Origin: Burkholderiales bacterium | GTDB lineage: Bacteria; Pseudomonadota; Gammaproteobacteria; Burkholderiales; Burkholderiaceae_C | Assembly (NCBI GenBank): GCA_038234045.1 | Contig: JBBSUX010000001.1 | Coordinates: 1 to 38,382, forward strand | Direction: 5' to 3' | DNA length: 38,382 nt | Shown: piece after piece, positions 1 to 8,449 of the stretch | How positions within the stretch are numbered: the stretch's first letter is position 1 | How the letters are laid out: each line of letters starts with the position of its first letter | Program-made: the position numbers and the translations under genes | The notes under the pieces: generated by a model | The model's input: only the letters and a program-made list of their open reading frames with translations | Database searches by the model: none | What the model was told of the DNA's origin: nothing

Positions 1-817
1 CCGGCGCAGTCCCGCCGGCCCAGGAAATGGTGAGTATTCCGCCGCGGGTCTGTACATCGACCGGCGCGCCCGCATCGAGCAGGCTCAGGCGAATGCCGGC
101 CACCACGGCAGCGCAGGCGCCCGTGCCGCAGGCTAGCGTTTCGCCTGCGCCGCGCTCGTAGACCCGAAGCCGCAGATTGCGCCGGCTAACGACCTGCGCG
201 AAGCCGGCGTTCACCCGACTGGGAAAGCGCGGGTGATGCTCGATCAACGGCCCTTGCTGCGCCACCGGTGCTGCATCGACATCGGGCACGAACAGCACCG
301 CATGCGGATTGCCCATCGACAAAATAGCTACTTTTACAATAGCATCATGCGCATGCGTACCAAGCGCTAGATGCCATTTTTCCCATGAATTATCTACATG
401 GGGCACGAGACCGGAAGCATCGAATGGAACACACCCGGCATCGAATACCGGCGCTCCCATGTCGACCGTCACGCGCCCGTCGGCATCCATGCGGGGCGTG
501 ATGACGCCCGATCGGGTCTGTACTCGCACTTCATCCTTTTTCGTCAAGCCATGCTCACGCACATAGCGCACGAAGCAACGCGCGCCGTTTCCGCATTGCT
601 CCACCTCGCCACCGTCGGCGTTGTGGATCACATATTCGAAATCGACCGCGCTCGAGGGCGCAGCGCGCACGCTCAGCACCTGGTCGGCTCCGACGCCGAA
701 ATGACGATTGGCGAGAAAACGGATCTGCGCCGGCGACAGGCCGAGCAGCTCACGGGTTTCGTCCAGCACGACAAAATCGTTGCCGGCGCCCTGCATCTTG
801 GTGAAGGCAATCTTCAT
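1..817 (-). CDS. dapF: diaminopimelate epimerase, C-terminus runs off the window edge
   Basis: Reverse translation from ATG (complement of 815-817) reads [20 protein letters not shown]... It contains both DapF active-site Cys motifs ([10 protein letters not shown] and LACGTGACA). Absent from the ORF track because it is open at the window edge. Confidence 0.9.
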   Translation of the reverse strand, partial: MKIAFTKMQGAGNDFVVLDETRELLGLSPAQIRFLANRHFGVGADQVLSVRAAPSSAVDFEYVIHNADGGEVEQCGNGARCFVRYVREHGLTKKDEVRVQTRSGVITPRMDADGRVTVDMGAPVFDAGCVPFDASGLVPHVDNSWEKWHLALGTHAHDAIVKVAILSMGNPHAVLFVPDVDAAPVAQQGPLIEHHPRFPSRVNAGFAQVVSRRNLRLRVYERGAGETLACGTGACAAVVAGIRLSLLDAGAPVDVQTRGGILTISWAGGTAP

Positions 818-886
818 GCTGCGATTATCGGCTGCAGCGCAGACGCGGCGAGGGCATGCGGCCCTGCATACGGCCCGGCCTGCGGC

Positions 887-1384
887 CTACCCGCCAGGAA
901 TGGCGACCTCGCTCCCAAGCGGCACCACCGTGATGCTGTTCTTGGGCGAACCATCGATCAGCCGATCCGAATAGGTCAGGTACACCAGGGTGTGACGCTT
1001 GCGGTCGACCATGCGCACGACGCGTAATTTCTTGAACAGCAAAGAAATACGCTCACTGAACATCTCCTCCTGATCGGGCAGTTTGTGGACGTCGGCTGAA
1101 AAGCGGATCGGCCCGACCTGCCGGCAGGCGATAGAAGCCTCGGCGCGGTCTTCGGCCAGCCCGATGGCACCCTTGATGCCACCGGTCTTGGCACGCGACA
1201 CATAGCAGGTCACTCCCGCAACCTTGGGATCGTCATAGGCATCGACGACGATCTTGTGATCGGGCCCGATCAGCTTGAAGACGGTATCGACAGAACCGAT
1301 GTTTTCCGCTTGAGCCGCAGGCGCCAGCGCAATGCCCGTCACCAGGAACGAAAAAGCCAGAAGTGCGCGCGGTAGATGGAGCAT
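887..1384 (-). CDS. creA: CreA family periplasmic protein
   Basis: [44 protein letters not shown]...[14 protein letters not shown] is near-collinear with E. coli CreA as I remember it. Start moved to the internal Met ([26 protein letters not shown]), which gives a clean signal peptide. Confidence 0.85.
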   Translation of the reverse strand: MLHLPRALLAFSFLVTGIALAPAAQAENIGSVDTVFKLIGPDHKIVVDAYDDPKVAGVTCYVSRAKTGGIKGAIGLAEDRAEASIACRQVGPIRFSADVHKLPDQEEMFSERISLLFKKLRVVRMVDRKRHTLVYLTYSDRLIDGSPKNSITVVPLGSEVAIPGG

Positions 1385-1575
1385 GAGAGGATCAGAAAAG
1401 AAGTCTGGGAAGGGTCGGGGAAATGACGCCTCGTAAAAAGAATCATGGGCAAGAGCCCCCCGCGCCAAGCACCATCAGATGGGATGGGAACGTTGAAATA
1501 AAAGGAGAAGGAGCACGCGTGGAACCGGAACCAGCGATCCTGAAGCCATGCCAGACCCAAGCAGGAAGCATGCTT

Positions 1576-3219
1576 TCACGCTGCCTGCCAGGCGTCGGCC
1601 TTCATCCACTCCGCAGCCCGCTCGGCCATCATGATGGTGGGCGCATTGGTATTGCCACCTATCAGCGTCGGCATGACGGAGGCATCCACGACCCGAAGCC
1701 CCTGCAAACCGCGCACCCGCAAATGCGGATCAACCACCGCGGCCGCGTCATCGGCAGCGCCCATGCGGCAGGTTCCAACCGGATGGTAGATGGTGTCGGA
1801 GCGTTGGCGGATCTGCTCCACCAGTGCTTCATCGGTATCAGTATCGGAAGCGAATAGTTTCCGATGGCAAAACGGCGCCAGCGCTGGCGCGCGCATGATG
1901 TCGCGCATGCGCCGCGCGCCGGCCAGCAGCAGTGCCAGGTCTTGCGGCTCCGACAGAAAGCGCGGGTCGATGCGCGGCGCATCCCGGGCTTGGGCGCTGT
2001 GCAGTGTGACTTCCCCGCGCGATCGGGGTCGCAGCACGCACACATGACAGGAATAGCCATATCCCCAATGCAATTTGCGAGCGTGATCGTCCACGATGGA
2101 GATGCAGAAATGCAATTGCAGGTCAGGCTGTGCGACGTCAGGCCGCGAGCGCAAAAAGGCGCCGCCTTCAGCAAAAGGGGTCGCTATAATGCCGCCACCG
2201 TCGCGCCTCCACTGCATGGCCGCGCGCAGCAGGCGCAGCCCCGCGCCCACACCGATGCCGAACAGATCGGTATCGCGTGAGGTGCACGACAGGATGAAAT
2301 CGAGGTGATCCTGCAGGTTCTGCCCGACACCCGGCAGCGCGTGCTGAATCGCAATGCCATGGCGCTGTAGTTCGGCCGGCGCGCCCACCCCGGAGAGCAA
2401 AAGCAGCTGCGGCGAATGGAAGCTGCCGCCGCACAGCGCCACCTCGCGCCGCGCCTTCAAGAGTTCGGGTGGGCCATCGCCACGGCGCACCTGCACGCCA
2501 ATAGCGCGTGTACCTTCGAACACGATCCGCTCGGCACGCGTGTCCGTCCAGAGGGTAAGGTTGGGGCGCTGCGCCTGAACCGGATGAAGATAGGCAGCAG
2601 CAGCGGAGCAGCGTTCGCCCCGACGGGATCCCTCGTGAAACTGGGTGACTTGGTAAATCCCCGCACCCTCTTGCTCCGGTCCGTTGAAATCGTCGTTGCG
2701 CGGTATTCCGCATTCCCCAGCCGCGCGGACGAAGGCTTCGGTGATAGGCCTCGGATTGCGCTGGTTGGCCACCTTCAAGGGACCGCTGCCGCCGTGCAGC
2801 GGGCTCTCTCCGCGCTCGTTGTCTTCAGAGCGCAGGAAATACGGCAGCACTTCGTCGAATGACCAACCCGTACATCCCTGCGCGGCCCAGCTGTCGTAGT
2901 CGGACGGATGTCCCCGCACATACAACATCGCGTTGATGGCGCTGGAGCCACCCAGGCACTTGCCACGCGGCTGGTATCCGCGCCTGCCGCCGAGCCCCGG
3001 TTGCGGCTCGGTCTGCAAGGCGTAGTTGTTGATCTTCAGGGGCTTGCCCGGCAGCATGGCAACCACCGCAGCCGGCGCGCGCACCAGAATGCTGCGGCCG
3101 TCGCCCCCGGCTTCGACCAGACAGACACTGGTCGCGGGGTCTTCACTCAGGCGCGCGGCAAGCGTTGCGCCACCGGAGCCACCGCCCACGATCACATAGT
3201 CGAACGGGGTTTCCTGCAT
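1576..3219 (-). CDS. GMC-family FAD oxidoreductase (choline/alcohol dehydrogenase-like)
   Basis: FDYVIVGGGSGGATLAARLSED ADP-binding fold, GMC-type layout and C-terminal HPVGTCRMG...VVDASVMP motif. Start set at ATG 3219, which has AGGAGA 8 nt upstream. Confidence 0.9.
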   Translation of the reverse strand: MQETPFDYVIVGGGSGGATLAARLSEDPATSVCLVEAGGDGRSILVRAPAAVVAMLPGKPLKINNYALQTEPQPGLGGRRGYQPRGKCLGGSSAINAMLYVRGHPSDYDSWAAQGCTGWSFDEVLPYFLRSEDNERGESPLHGGSGPLKVANQRNPRPITEAFVRAAGECGIPRNDDFNGPEQEGAGIYQVTQFHEGSRRGERCSAAAAYLHPVQAQRPNLTLWTDTRAERIVFEGTRAIGVQVRRGDGPPELLKARREVALCGGSFHSPQLLLLSGVGAPAELQRHGIAIQHALPGVGQNLQDHLDFILSCTSRDTDLFGIGVGAGLRLLRAAMQWRRDGGGIIATPFAEGGAFLRSRPDVAQPDLQLHFCISIVDDHARKLHWGYGYSCHVCVLRPRSRGEVTLHSAQARDAPRIDPRFLSEPQDLALLLAGARRMRDIMRAPALAPFCHRKLFASDTDTDEALVEQIRQRSDTIYHPVGTCRMGAADDAAAVVDPHLRVRGLQGLRVVDASVMPTLIGGNTNAPTIMMAERAAEWMKADAWQAA

Positions 3220-3460
3220 GCAAAGCGTCTCCTGATCTGGGGCAGTTGGCCGCTGCAGCACGCGCGACCTGCGGGCACTGTAAGCAGACGCATGCGGTCC
3301 GCCTCCAGTATTTACCCTGTGCAGCGCGAACCAGATTCGCAGGCCTTTAACGCCCTGCGCGCCGCCCGCTGGATGACAAGGGCAGTGGATTTTTTCTCAC
3401 CGTCTGGAACAGCGGCCTCCCGTAGGTTCACTGCTGATTTTCCAGGAGGTAAAAAATAAA

Positions 3461-4219
3461 ATGCTCGGCATCGTCATTCCGGCACACAACGAAGAGGCCT
3501 GCATCGGTGCTGCCGTGAGCGCCGCAAACACCGCCGCCCGTCATCCAGGCTTGCTGGGTGAAGATGTGCGCGTGCTGGTGGTACTCGACGATTGCAGCGA
3601 TGAAACAGCACAAGCAGCGCGCGCTGCCGGTGCGCAGACGCTGAAGGCGCACACACGCAATGTAGGCGCCGCACGCGCGGCGGGCGCTGAAGCTCTGCTC
3701 AATGCCGGGGCGCGCTGGCTCGCGTTCACCGATGCCGACAGCATCGTCTGCCCCAACTGGCTGGTCGATCAACTTTCGCTGAACGCCGACGCGGTTTGTG
3801 GAACGGTAGCGGTGGATGACTGGAGCGCGCACGGCATTCACGCCGCCCTGATCCACGCCCACTTTCTGGAAATCTATTTCGACCGGGACGATCATCCGCA
3901 TATCCACGGCGCCAATCTCGGTGTTTCTGCGGTGGCGTATCGCCTTGCCGGTGGTTTTTTGCCACTTCGTTGCGGCGAGGATGTGCACTTCGTCGATGCC
4001 TTGGAGAAGTCAGGCGCTCGCATCGCGCGCAGCGCCAAGCCACGGGTCGTCACCAGCGCGCGGCGCGATGCCCGGGCGGCTGGAGGGTTCGCCGACGCCT
4101 TGCTCAACGCTATCGCCACGCGGCTTGCAGCTGCGGCAGATCCTGCGGTCGGCGCGAATCACTTTACGCAAACCATTTCGCAGACCGCGCTGCCTGCGCC
4201 TGAAGCTCCCGCAATCTGA
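3461..4219 (+). CDS. family 2 glycosyltransferase (small, single GT-A domain)
   Basis: IVIPAHNEE..., VLDDCSDET and FTDADS (DxD) motifs. Strong SD (AGGAGG) 9-10 nt upstream of the ATG. Confidence 0.85.
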   Translation: MLGIVIPAHNEEACIGAAVSAANTAARHPGLLGEDVRVLVVLDDCSDETAQAARAAGAQTLKAHTRNVGAARAAGAEALLNAGARWLAFTDADSIVCPNWLVDQLSLNADAVCGTVAVDDWSAHGIHAALIHAHFLEIYFDRDDHPHIHGANLGVSAVAYRLAGGFLPLRCGEDVHFVDALEKSGARIARSAKPRVVTSARRDARAAGGFADALLNAIATRLAAAADPAVGANHFTQTISQTALPAPEAPAI

Positions 4220-4222
4220 CGC

Positions 4223-5293
4223 ATGCAACTCTCCGTACAACATGCGGCATCCCGGGTGGATACCAGACCCGACATCGCATCCCTGCTCGGCTCCATCAAC
4301 GAAGCGGAAGGGTTCCGCGAGTCGGCCATGCAGGCACTGATCGACGCCGGCCTGGACCAGCCCCCGCTTCCCGGTAGCGGCAACACGCTTGAGCGCTGGC
4401 GAGTGCTGGCGCAAGTCGCCAGCTACGACCTGGCCCTGGTGAAGTGGTTCGAAGGCCATACCGATGCCATCGCCATTCAGGCAGAGCTGAATCCGGGAAA
4501 TGCGCCAAGCGATGGCATCTGGGCGACCTGGTGCGCCGAACCGCCACAGGCCCGCCTGGAAATGGCAGCGGCCGATACCGGCGAGGTTCGTATCTCGGGC
4601 GCCAAGGCGTGGTGTTCCGGGGCGGCGATCGCTGCGTACGCGGTTGTCAGTACCTGGAACGCAAAGGGCGAACCTTGTCTCGCCACGGTCGATCTCCGCC
4701 AGAGCGGGATCACTTTGCACACGGGTCGCTGGCAGGCCGTCGGTATGGCGGCATCGGGCAGCCACGAGCTGAACTTCGACGATGTTCCGGCGCAGCCTCT
4801 AGGCAAACCGCACGACTATGTCGCCCGCCCCGGTTTCTGGCAGGGTGGCGCCGGCATTGCAGCCTGCTGGTGGGGCGGAGCGCGAGGAATCGCACGCCGC
4901 ACGCACAAAGCCTTGCGCCAGCATGCCAACCCGCATGCGCTGGCGCATCTGGGCGCGATTGACGTGGCTCTCGCACAGGGTGCCGCATTGCTGCGGGAGT
5001 CCGCGCGCTGGATCGACGAACATCCGCAGGCCGATGCCATGGTGTTAGCCCTGCGCCTGCGCGCAGCGGTAGATCAGCTGTGCACAGAGGTTATGCACCA
5101 CGCCGCTCGGGCAGTGGGTGCCGGCCCGCTGTGCAACGACCTGGCCTTTGCACGCGCTATGGCAGACCTCCCCGTTTTTCTTCGGCAGAGCCATGCAGAA
5201 AAGGATCTTGCGGCACTCGGCAGCCAGCTGCTCAAGGCGCCACACGATCCTGCTTGCCGCTTGACGAACGAGAGTAGCCCGTGGGATTTATGA
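4223..5293 (+). CDS. acyl-CoA dehydrogenase-fold flavoprotein (type-2 / monooxygenase-like, not an obvious acyl-CoA dehydrogenase)
   Basis: Middle beta-domain and C-terminal helical domain are recognisable (ISGAKAWCSGA, WQAVGMAASGSHELNFDDV, RPGFWQGGAGIAACWWG). Starts 3 nt after the GT2 stop. Confidence 0.8.
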   Translation: MQLSVQHAASRVDTRPDIASLLGSINEAEGFRESAMQALIDAGLDQPPLPGSGNTLERWRVLAQVASYDLALVKWFEGHTDAIAIQAELNPGNAPSDGIWATWCAEPPQARLEMAAADTGEVRISGAKAWCSGAAIAAYAVVSTWNAKGEPCLATVDLRQSGITLHTGRWQAVGMAASGSHELNFDDVPAQPLGKPHDYVARPGFWQGGAGIAACWWGGARGIARRTHKALRQHANPHALAHLGAIDVALAQGAALLRESARWIDEHPQADAMVLALRLRAAVDQLCTEVMHHAARAVGAGPLCNDLAFARAMADLPVFLRQSHAEKDLAALGSQLLKAPHDPACRLTNESSPWDL

Positions 5294-6093
5294 GCGAGCC
5301 CTCCGTGGCAGCCGAGCCTCAAATCACACTGGCGGAGGTGTCGGGTGATCGCACGATAGCGGCTACCCCGACCACGCCAGAGCACGACTGGCGCTCATGG
5401 ATCGAACAGCAGCGTTTCAAGGCGGTGGATCCTGCCCGGTTGCTCTGCGACCGCAGCCGCCTGGTGGTGGTTGCGCCGCATCCGGATGATGAAATCCTGG
5501 CGGCCGGAGGGCTGATGCAGGCAGCGACCCGGCTCGGCATTCCCGTCGCCCTGGTGGCCGTGACCAACGGAGGCGCCAGTCATCCGGGCTCAGTTTGCTG
5601 GCCGGTCGCGCGACTTGAAATCGAGCGGCCGCGTGAAACAACGCTCGCGCTCGCGCGCCTGGGCGTGCGTGCCGAACAGATCCGCCTCGGCTTTGGAGAT
5701 GGCGCGCTGGCGGGATCGGCCGAGAAGCTCGTCTCGGCCATCGGCGCAGTGCTCCATGAAGACGATCTGATGGTGACAACCTGGCGACTAGACGGCCATC
5801 CCGACCATGAGGTAACCGGGAATGCCTGTGATGTCGCAGCGCAGAGGATCGGCGCGCGGCTGCTGGAAGCCCCCGTCTGGGCATGGCAGTGGGCTCTGCC
5901 TGCAGATCCGCGTTTGCCGTGGCAGTTGGCGCAGCGGCTCGATCTGGACGCAGAAGCAGTACAAAGAAAAACGCTGGCCCTCAGCGCTTTTGAATCACAG
6001 CTCTCATCCGATCCGGCAACTTCATGCGAACCCATTCTTGGCCCGGCGATCGTGCAGCGAGCCGCCCGTAATTTCGAACTGTTCTTTGCATGA
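5290..6093 (+). CDS. PIG-L / LmbE family N-acetylglucosaminyl deacetylase
   Basis: VVVAPHPDDEILAAGG and GHPDHE metal-binding motifs. ATG 5290 overlaps the upstream TGA (ATGA). The ORF track starts it at an upstream GTG (5281). Confidence 0.85.
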   Translation: MSEPSVAAEPQITLAEVSGDRTIAATPTTPEHDWRSWIEQQRFKAVDPARLLCDRSRLVVVAPHPDDEILAAGGLMQAATRLGIPVALVAVTNGGASHPGSVCWPVARLEIERPRETTLALARLGVRAEQIRLGFGDGALAGSAEKLVSAIGAVLHEDDLMVTTWRLDGHPDHEVTGNACDVAAQRIGARLLEAPVWAWQWALPADPRLPWQLAQRLDLDAEAVQRKTLALSAFESQLSSDPATSCEPILGPAIVQRAARNFELFFA

Positions 6094-6713
6094 CACCACA
6101 GCCCGGCAACGCTGATCTGCGCGACGCCTACTTCGAGCCGATGTACCGCGCGGGCGCCGATCCGTATGGCGTACGAGACCGCTGGTACGAAAAAAGGAAG
6201 CGCGCGCTGTTGCTGGCGAGCCTGCCCCGCCCGAGGTTCGCCCGCGCTTTCGAGCCCGCATGCGGCATCGGCGAACTGACCCTTCAGCTGGCCGCGCGCT
6301 GCGACTACTTGCTGGCATGTGACTTCAGCACCAGCGCCGTTGCGACAGCGCGGTCGAAAACAGCGGCTTGCGCCAACGTGCAAATCGACTGCATTGATTT
6401 CACACACGCGTGGCCAGAAGATGCAACAGGGCTCGATCTGATCGTGTGGAGCGAAATCGGGTATTTCCTGTCAGCCGAAGTCCTTGATGCTGTGGCGGAA
6501 AAATGCCGCGCTTGCCTCAATCCCGACGGGATTCTCGTCGGCTGCCACTGGCGCCCCGACTTTGGCGAACGCACGCAAAATAGCGCCTCGATTCACCAGC
6601 GTTTGGGCGTCGGGCTGCATTCCCTCTCGACCCATGCTGAAGCGGATTTTCTGCTGGAAATCTGGTCACCCAGCCCGCGATCAGTCGCCCAACGCGAAGG
6701 AATTCGTGAATAG
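6090..6713 (+). CDS. class I SAM-dependent methyltransferase, NodS-like
   Basis: SAM motif I EPACGIGELT, acidic motif II LLACDFS, about 200 aa. ATGA overlap with the PIG-L stop. Confidence 0.85.
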   Translation: MTPQPGNADLRDAYFEPMYRAGADPYGVRDRWYEKRKRALLLASLPRPRFARAFEPACGIGELTLQLAARCDYLLACDFSTSAVATARSKTAACANVQIDCIDFTHAWPEDATGLDLIVWSEIGYFLSAEVLDAVAEKCRACLNPDGILVGCHWRPDFGERTQNSASIHQRLGVGLHSLSTHAEADFLLEIWSPSPRSVAQREGIRE

Positions 6714-6745
6714 CACGCGGCCAGGGACCTGCCGATAATCACCGC

Positions 6746-8449
6746 ATGGTCCGTTCCTCCCAGCTCCTGCATCCCGCGCGCCAGATCGCGCCTGTTCGTC
6801 AAGCCGCCACGGTGCTGCTGCTGCGCGATGCGCCGCAGGGGCCCGAGGTGCTACTCACGCGTCGCTCCGAAAAAGCCAGCTTCGCGCCGGGAGAGTATGT
6901 GTTTCCTGGCGGCGTCATCGACGCGGCTGACGCACAGAGCCATGCACTCGCCGCACGCCGCAGCACGCAGATCGATGTGCAACTGACCGAGGCCATCGCC
7001 GCCATCCGCGAATCGTTCGAAGAACTCGGGGTACTCCTGGCGCGGCACCACGACGGCCGCTTTGCCAGCGCGGCGGACGTCGCCTCGATGGATCGGCAAG
7101 CGCCCTTCTTTACGCAGTGCGCCGAACGCAGACTGGTATTGGCGGCAGATGCAGTCTTCACACTGGCGCACTGGACAACCTCGCGCGACCGGCCCAAGCG
7201 CTTTGCCACGATCTTTCTGGTGGCGCGCATGCCCGAAGGTGACCAGCATCCGGTCGCCGACGATGCCGAGCAGTTCGACCCCGTGTGGCTGCGGCCAGCC
7301 GACGCACTGGCTCGCCATGCACAAGGCGGCTTCTCGATGATGTTTCCCACCATCCGCACGCTCGAGCGCCTGGCAAAGTATCGCGATGTGGATGCCGTGC
7401 TGCTGGCCTGCGCGGCGCGCGACGGCGTTGAGACACCCCTCTGGAAAGCCGAGCCGCGCGGCGCGATGAAAGCTGGCAAGGCCGAGCGTTTCATGGACGA
7501 CGAATCACCCTTCGGCGAGCTGGCACTGGTTTGCCCCGATGGCCAGGTGGAGCACGCGCTCGACTGGCAATGCGAACGCCCTGTCGCGCTGCTGAAAAAC
7601 GTGCAGCGCCTCACCGCGCCCAACGCCGGCCGCATGACAGGCCCCGGCACCAACAGCTATCTGGTGGGCGATGCGGCAAGCGGATTCATCGCGATCGATC
7701 CGGGCCCGGACGACGCAGGTCACATCGCGCGCCTGCATGCTGCTGCGGTCGGCGACATCCGCATGATCGTCTGCACGCACTCACATCCCGACCATTCGCC
7801 GGGTGCGCGCCCCCTGCAGGCCCTGTGCGCTGCCGATGGCCGGCCCGTGCCACCGATCCTCGGCCTGCCATCGGCCCCAACGTCGCGCGCGAGTAGTGAA
7901 TTCACGCCGGATCGAGAACTATCGAATGGAGAGCTACTAGCGCTTTCACGCAATGCGCTAGAGCACGATTTGACTGTTATTTTTACGCCCGGCCATGCGG
8001 CGAACCACGTCTGCCTGGTGCTGGCCGAAGATGGCCTGCTCTTCAGCGGCGACCACGTCCTCAACGGCAGCACTACGGTGGTCGATCCACCCGATGGCGA
8101 CATGGACGACTACCTGCGTTCGCTCGACCTCCTGGCCGAGGTTTGCTTGCAGCAGCACATCGAATTTATCCTGCCGGCGCATGGCTATGTGCTGCACGAC
8201 GCACCCAATGTGATCGCCCGTCTCAAGGCGCACCGACTGGCGCGCGAAGCCAAGGTGGCTGCGGCCATCGCGGCAGTGCCTGACGGCGCGCCAGCCGACT
8301 GGCTGCCGCTCGCGTACGACGACGTTCCCCGCGCCATGTGGCCGGTGGCCGAGCGCTCGCTGATGGCGCACGTGGACAGGTTGCGCCGGATCGAGGCGGC
8401 ATCGATGGCGCACGACGCAAGCTCCGGGCAACGGGACACATCGGCATGA
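6746..8449 (+). CDS. Nudix-like domain fused to an MBL-fold metallo-hydrolase
   Basis: N-terminal half has REsfEElGv (the C-terminal part of a Nudix box). C-terminal half has CTHSHPDHSPGA (HxHxDH) plus TPGH and a later His. Confidence 0.85.
   Translation: MVRSSQLLHPARQIAPVRQAATVLLLRDAPQGPEVLLTRRSEKASFAPGEYVFPGGVIDAADAQSHALAARRSTQIDVQLTEAIAAIRESFEELGVLLARHHDGRFASAADVASMDRQAPFFTQCAERRLVLAADAVFTLAHWTTSRDRPKRFATIFLVARMPEGDQHPVADDAEQFDPVWLRPADALARHAQGGFSMMFPTIRTLERLAKYRDVDAVLLACAARDGVETPLWKAEPRGAMKAGKAERFMDDESPFGELALVCPDGQVEHALDWQCERPVALLKNVQRLTAPNAGRMTGPGTNSYLVGDAASGFIAIDPGPDDAGHIARLHAAAVGDIRMIVCTHSHPDHSPGARPLQALCAADGRPVPPILGLPSAPTSRASSEFTPDRELSNGELLALSRNALEHDLTVIFTPGHAANHVCLVLAEDGLLFSGDHVLNGSTTVVDPPDGDMDDYLRSLDLLAEVCLQQHIEFILPAHGYVLHDAPNVIARLKAHRLAREAKVAAAIAAVPDGAPADWLPLAYDDVPRAMWPVAERSLMAHVDRLRRIEAASMAHDASSGQRDTSA

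Noticed and set aside
398-1027. 209-aa + strand ORF and nested ORFs over 309-1027
   Set aside because: Antisense to an unmistakable dapF reading frame. The sequence is Arg/Ala/Gly-rich with no family motifs, a typical high-GC shadow ORF.
5580-7653. 275-aa and 284-aa minus-strand ORFs (5580-6407, 6799-7653)
   Set aside because: Both lie opposite motif-bearing + strand genes (PIG-L, methyltransferase, Nudix-MBL). Their composition is Arg/Ser/Ala-rich shadow-frame type.
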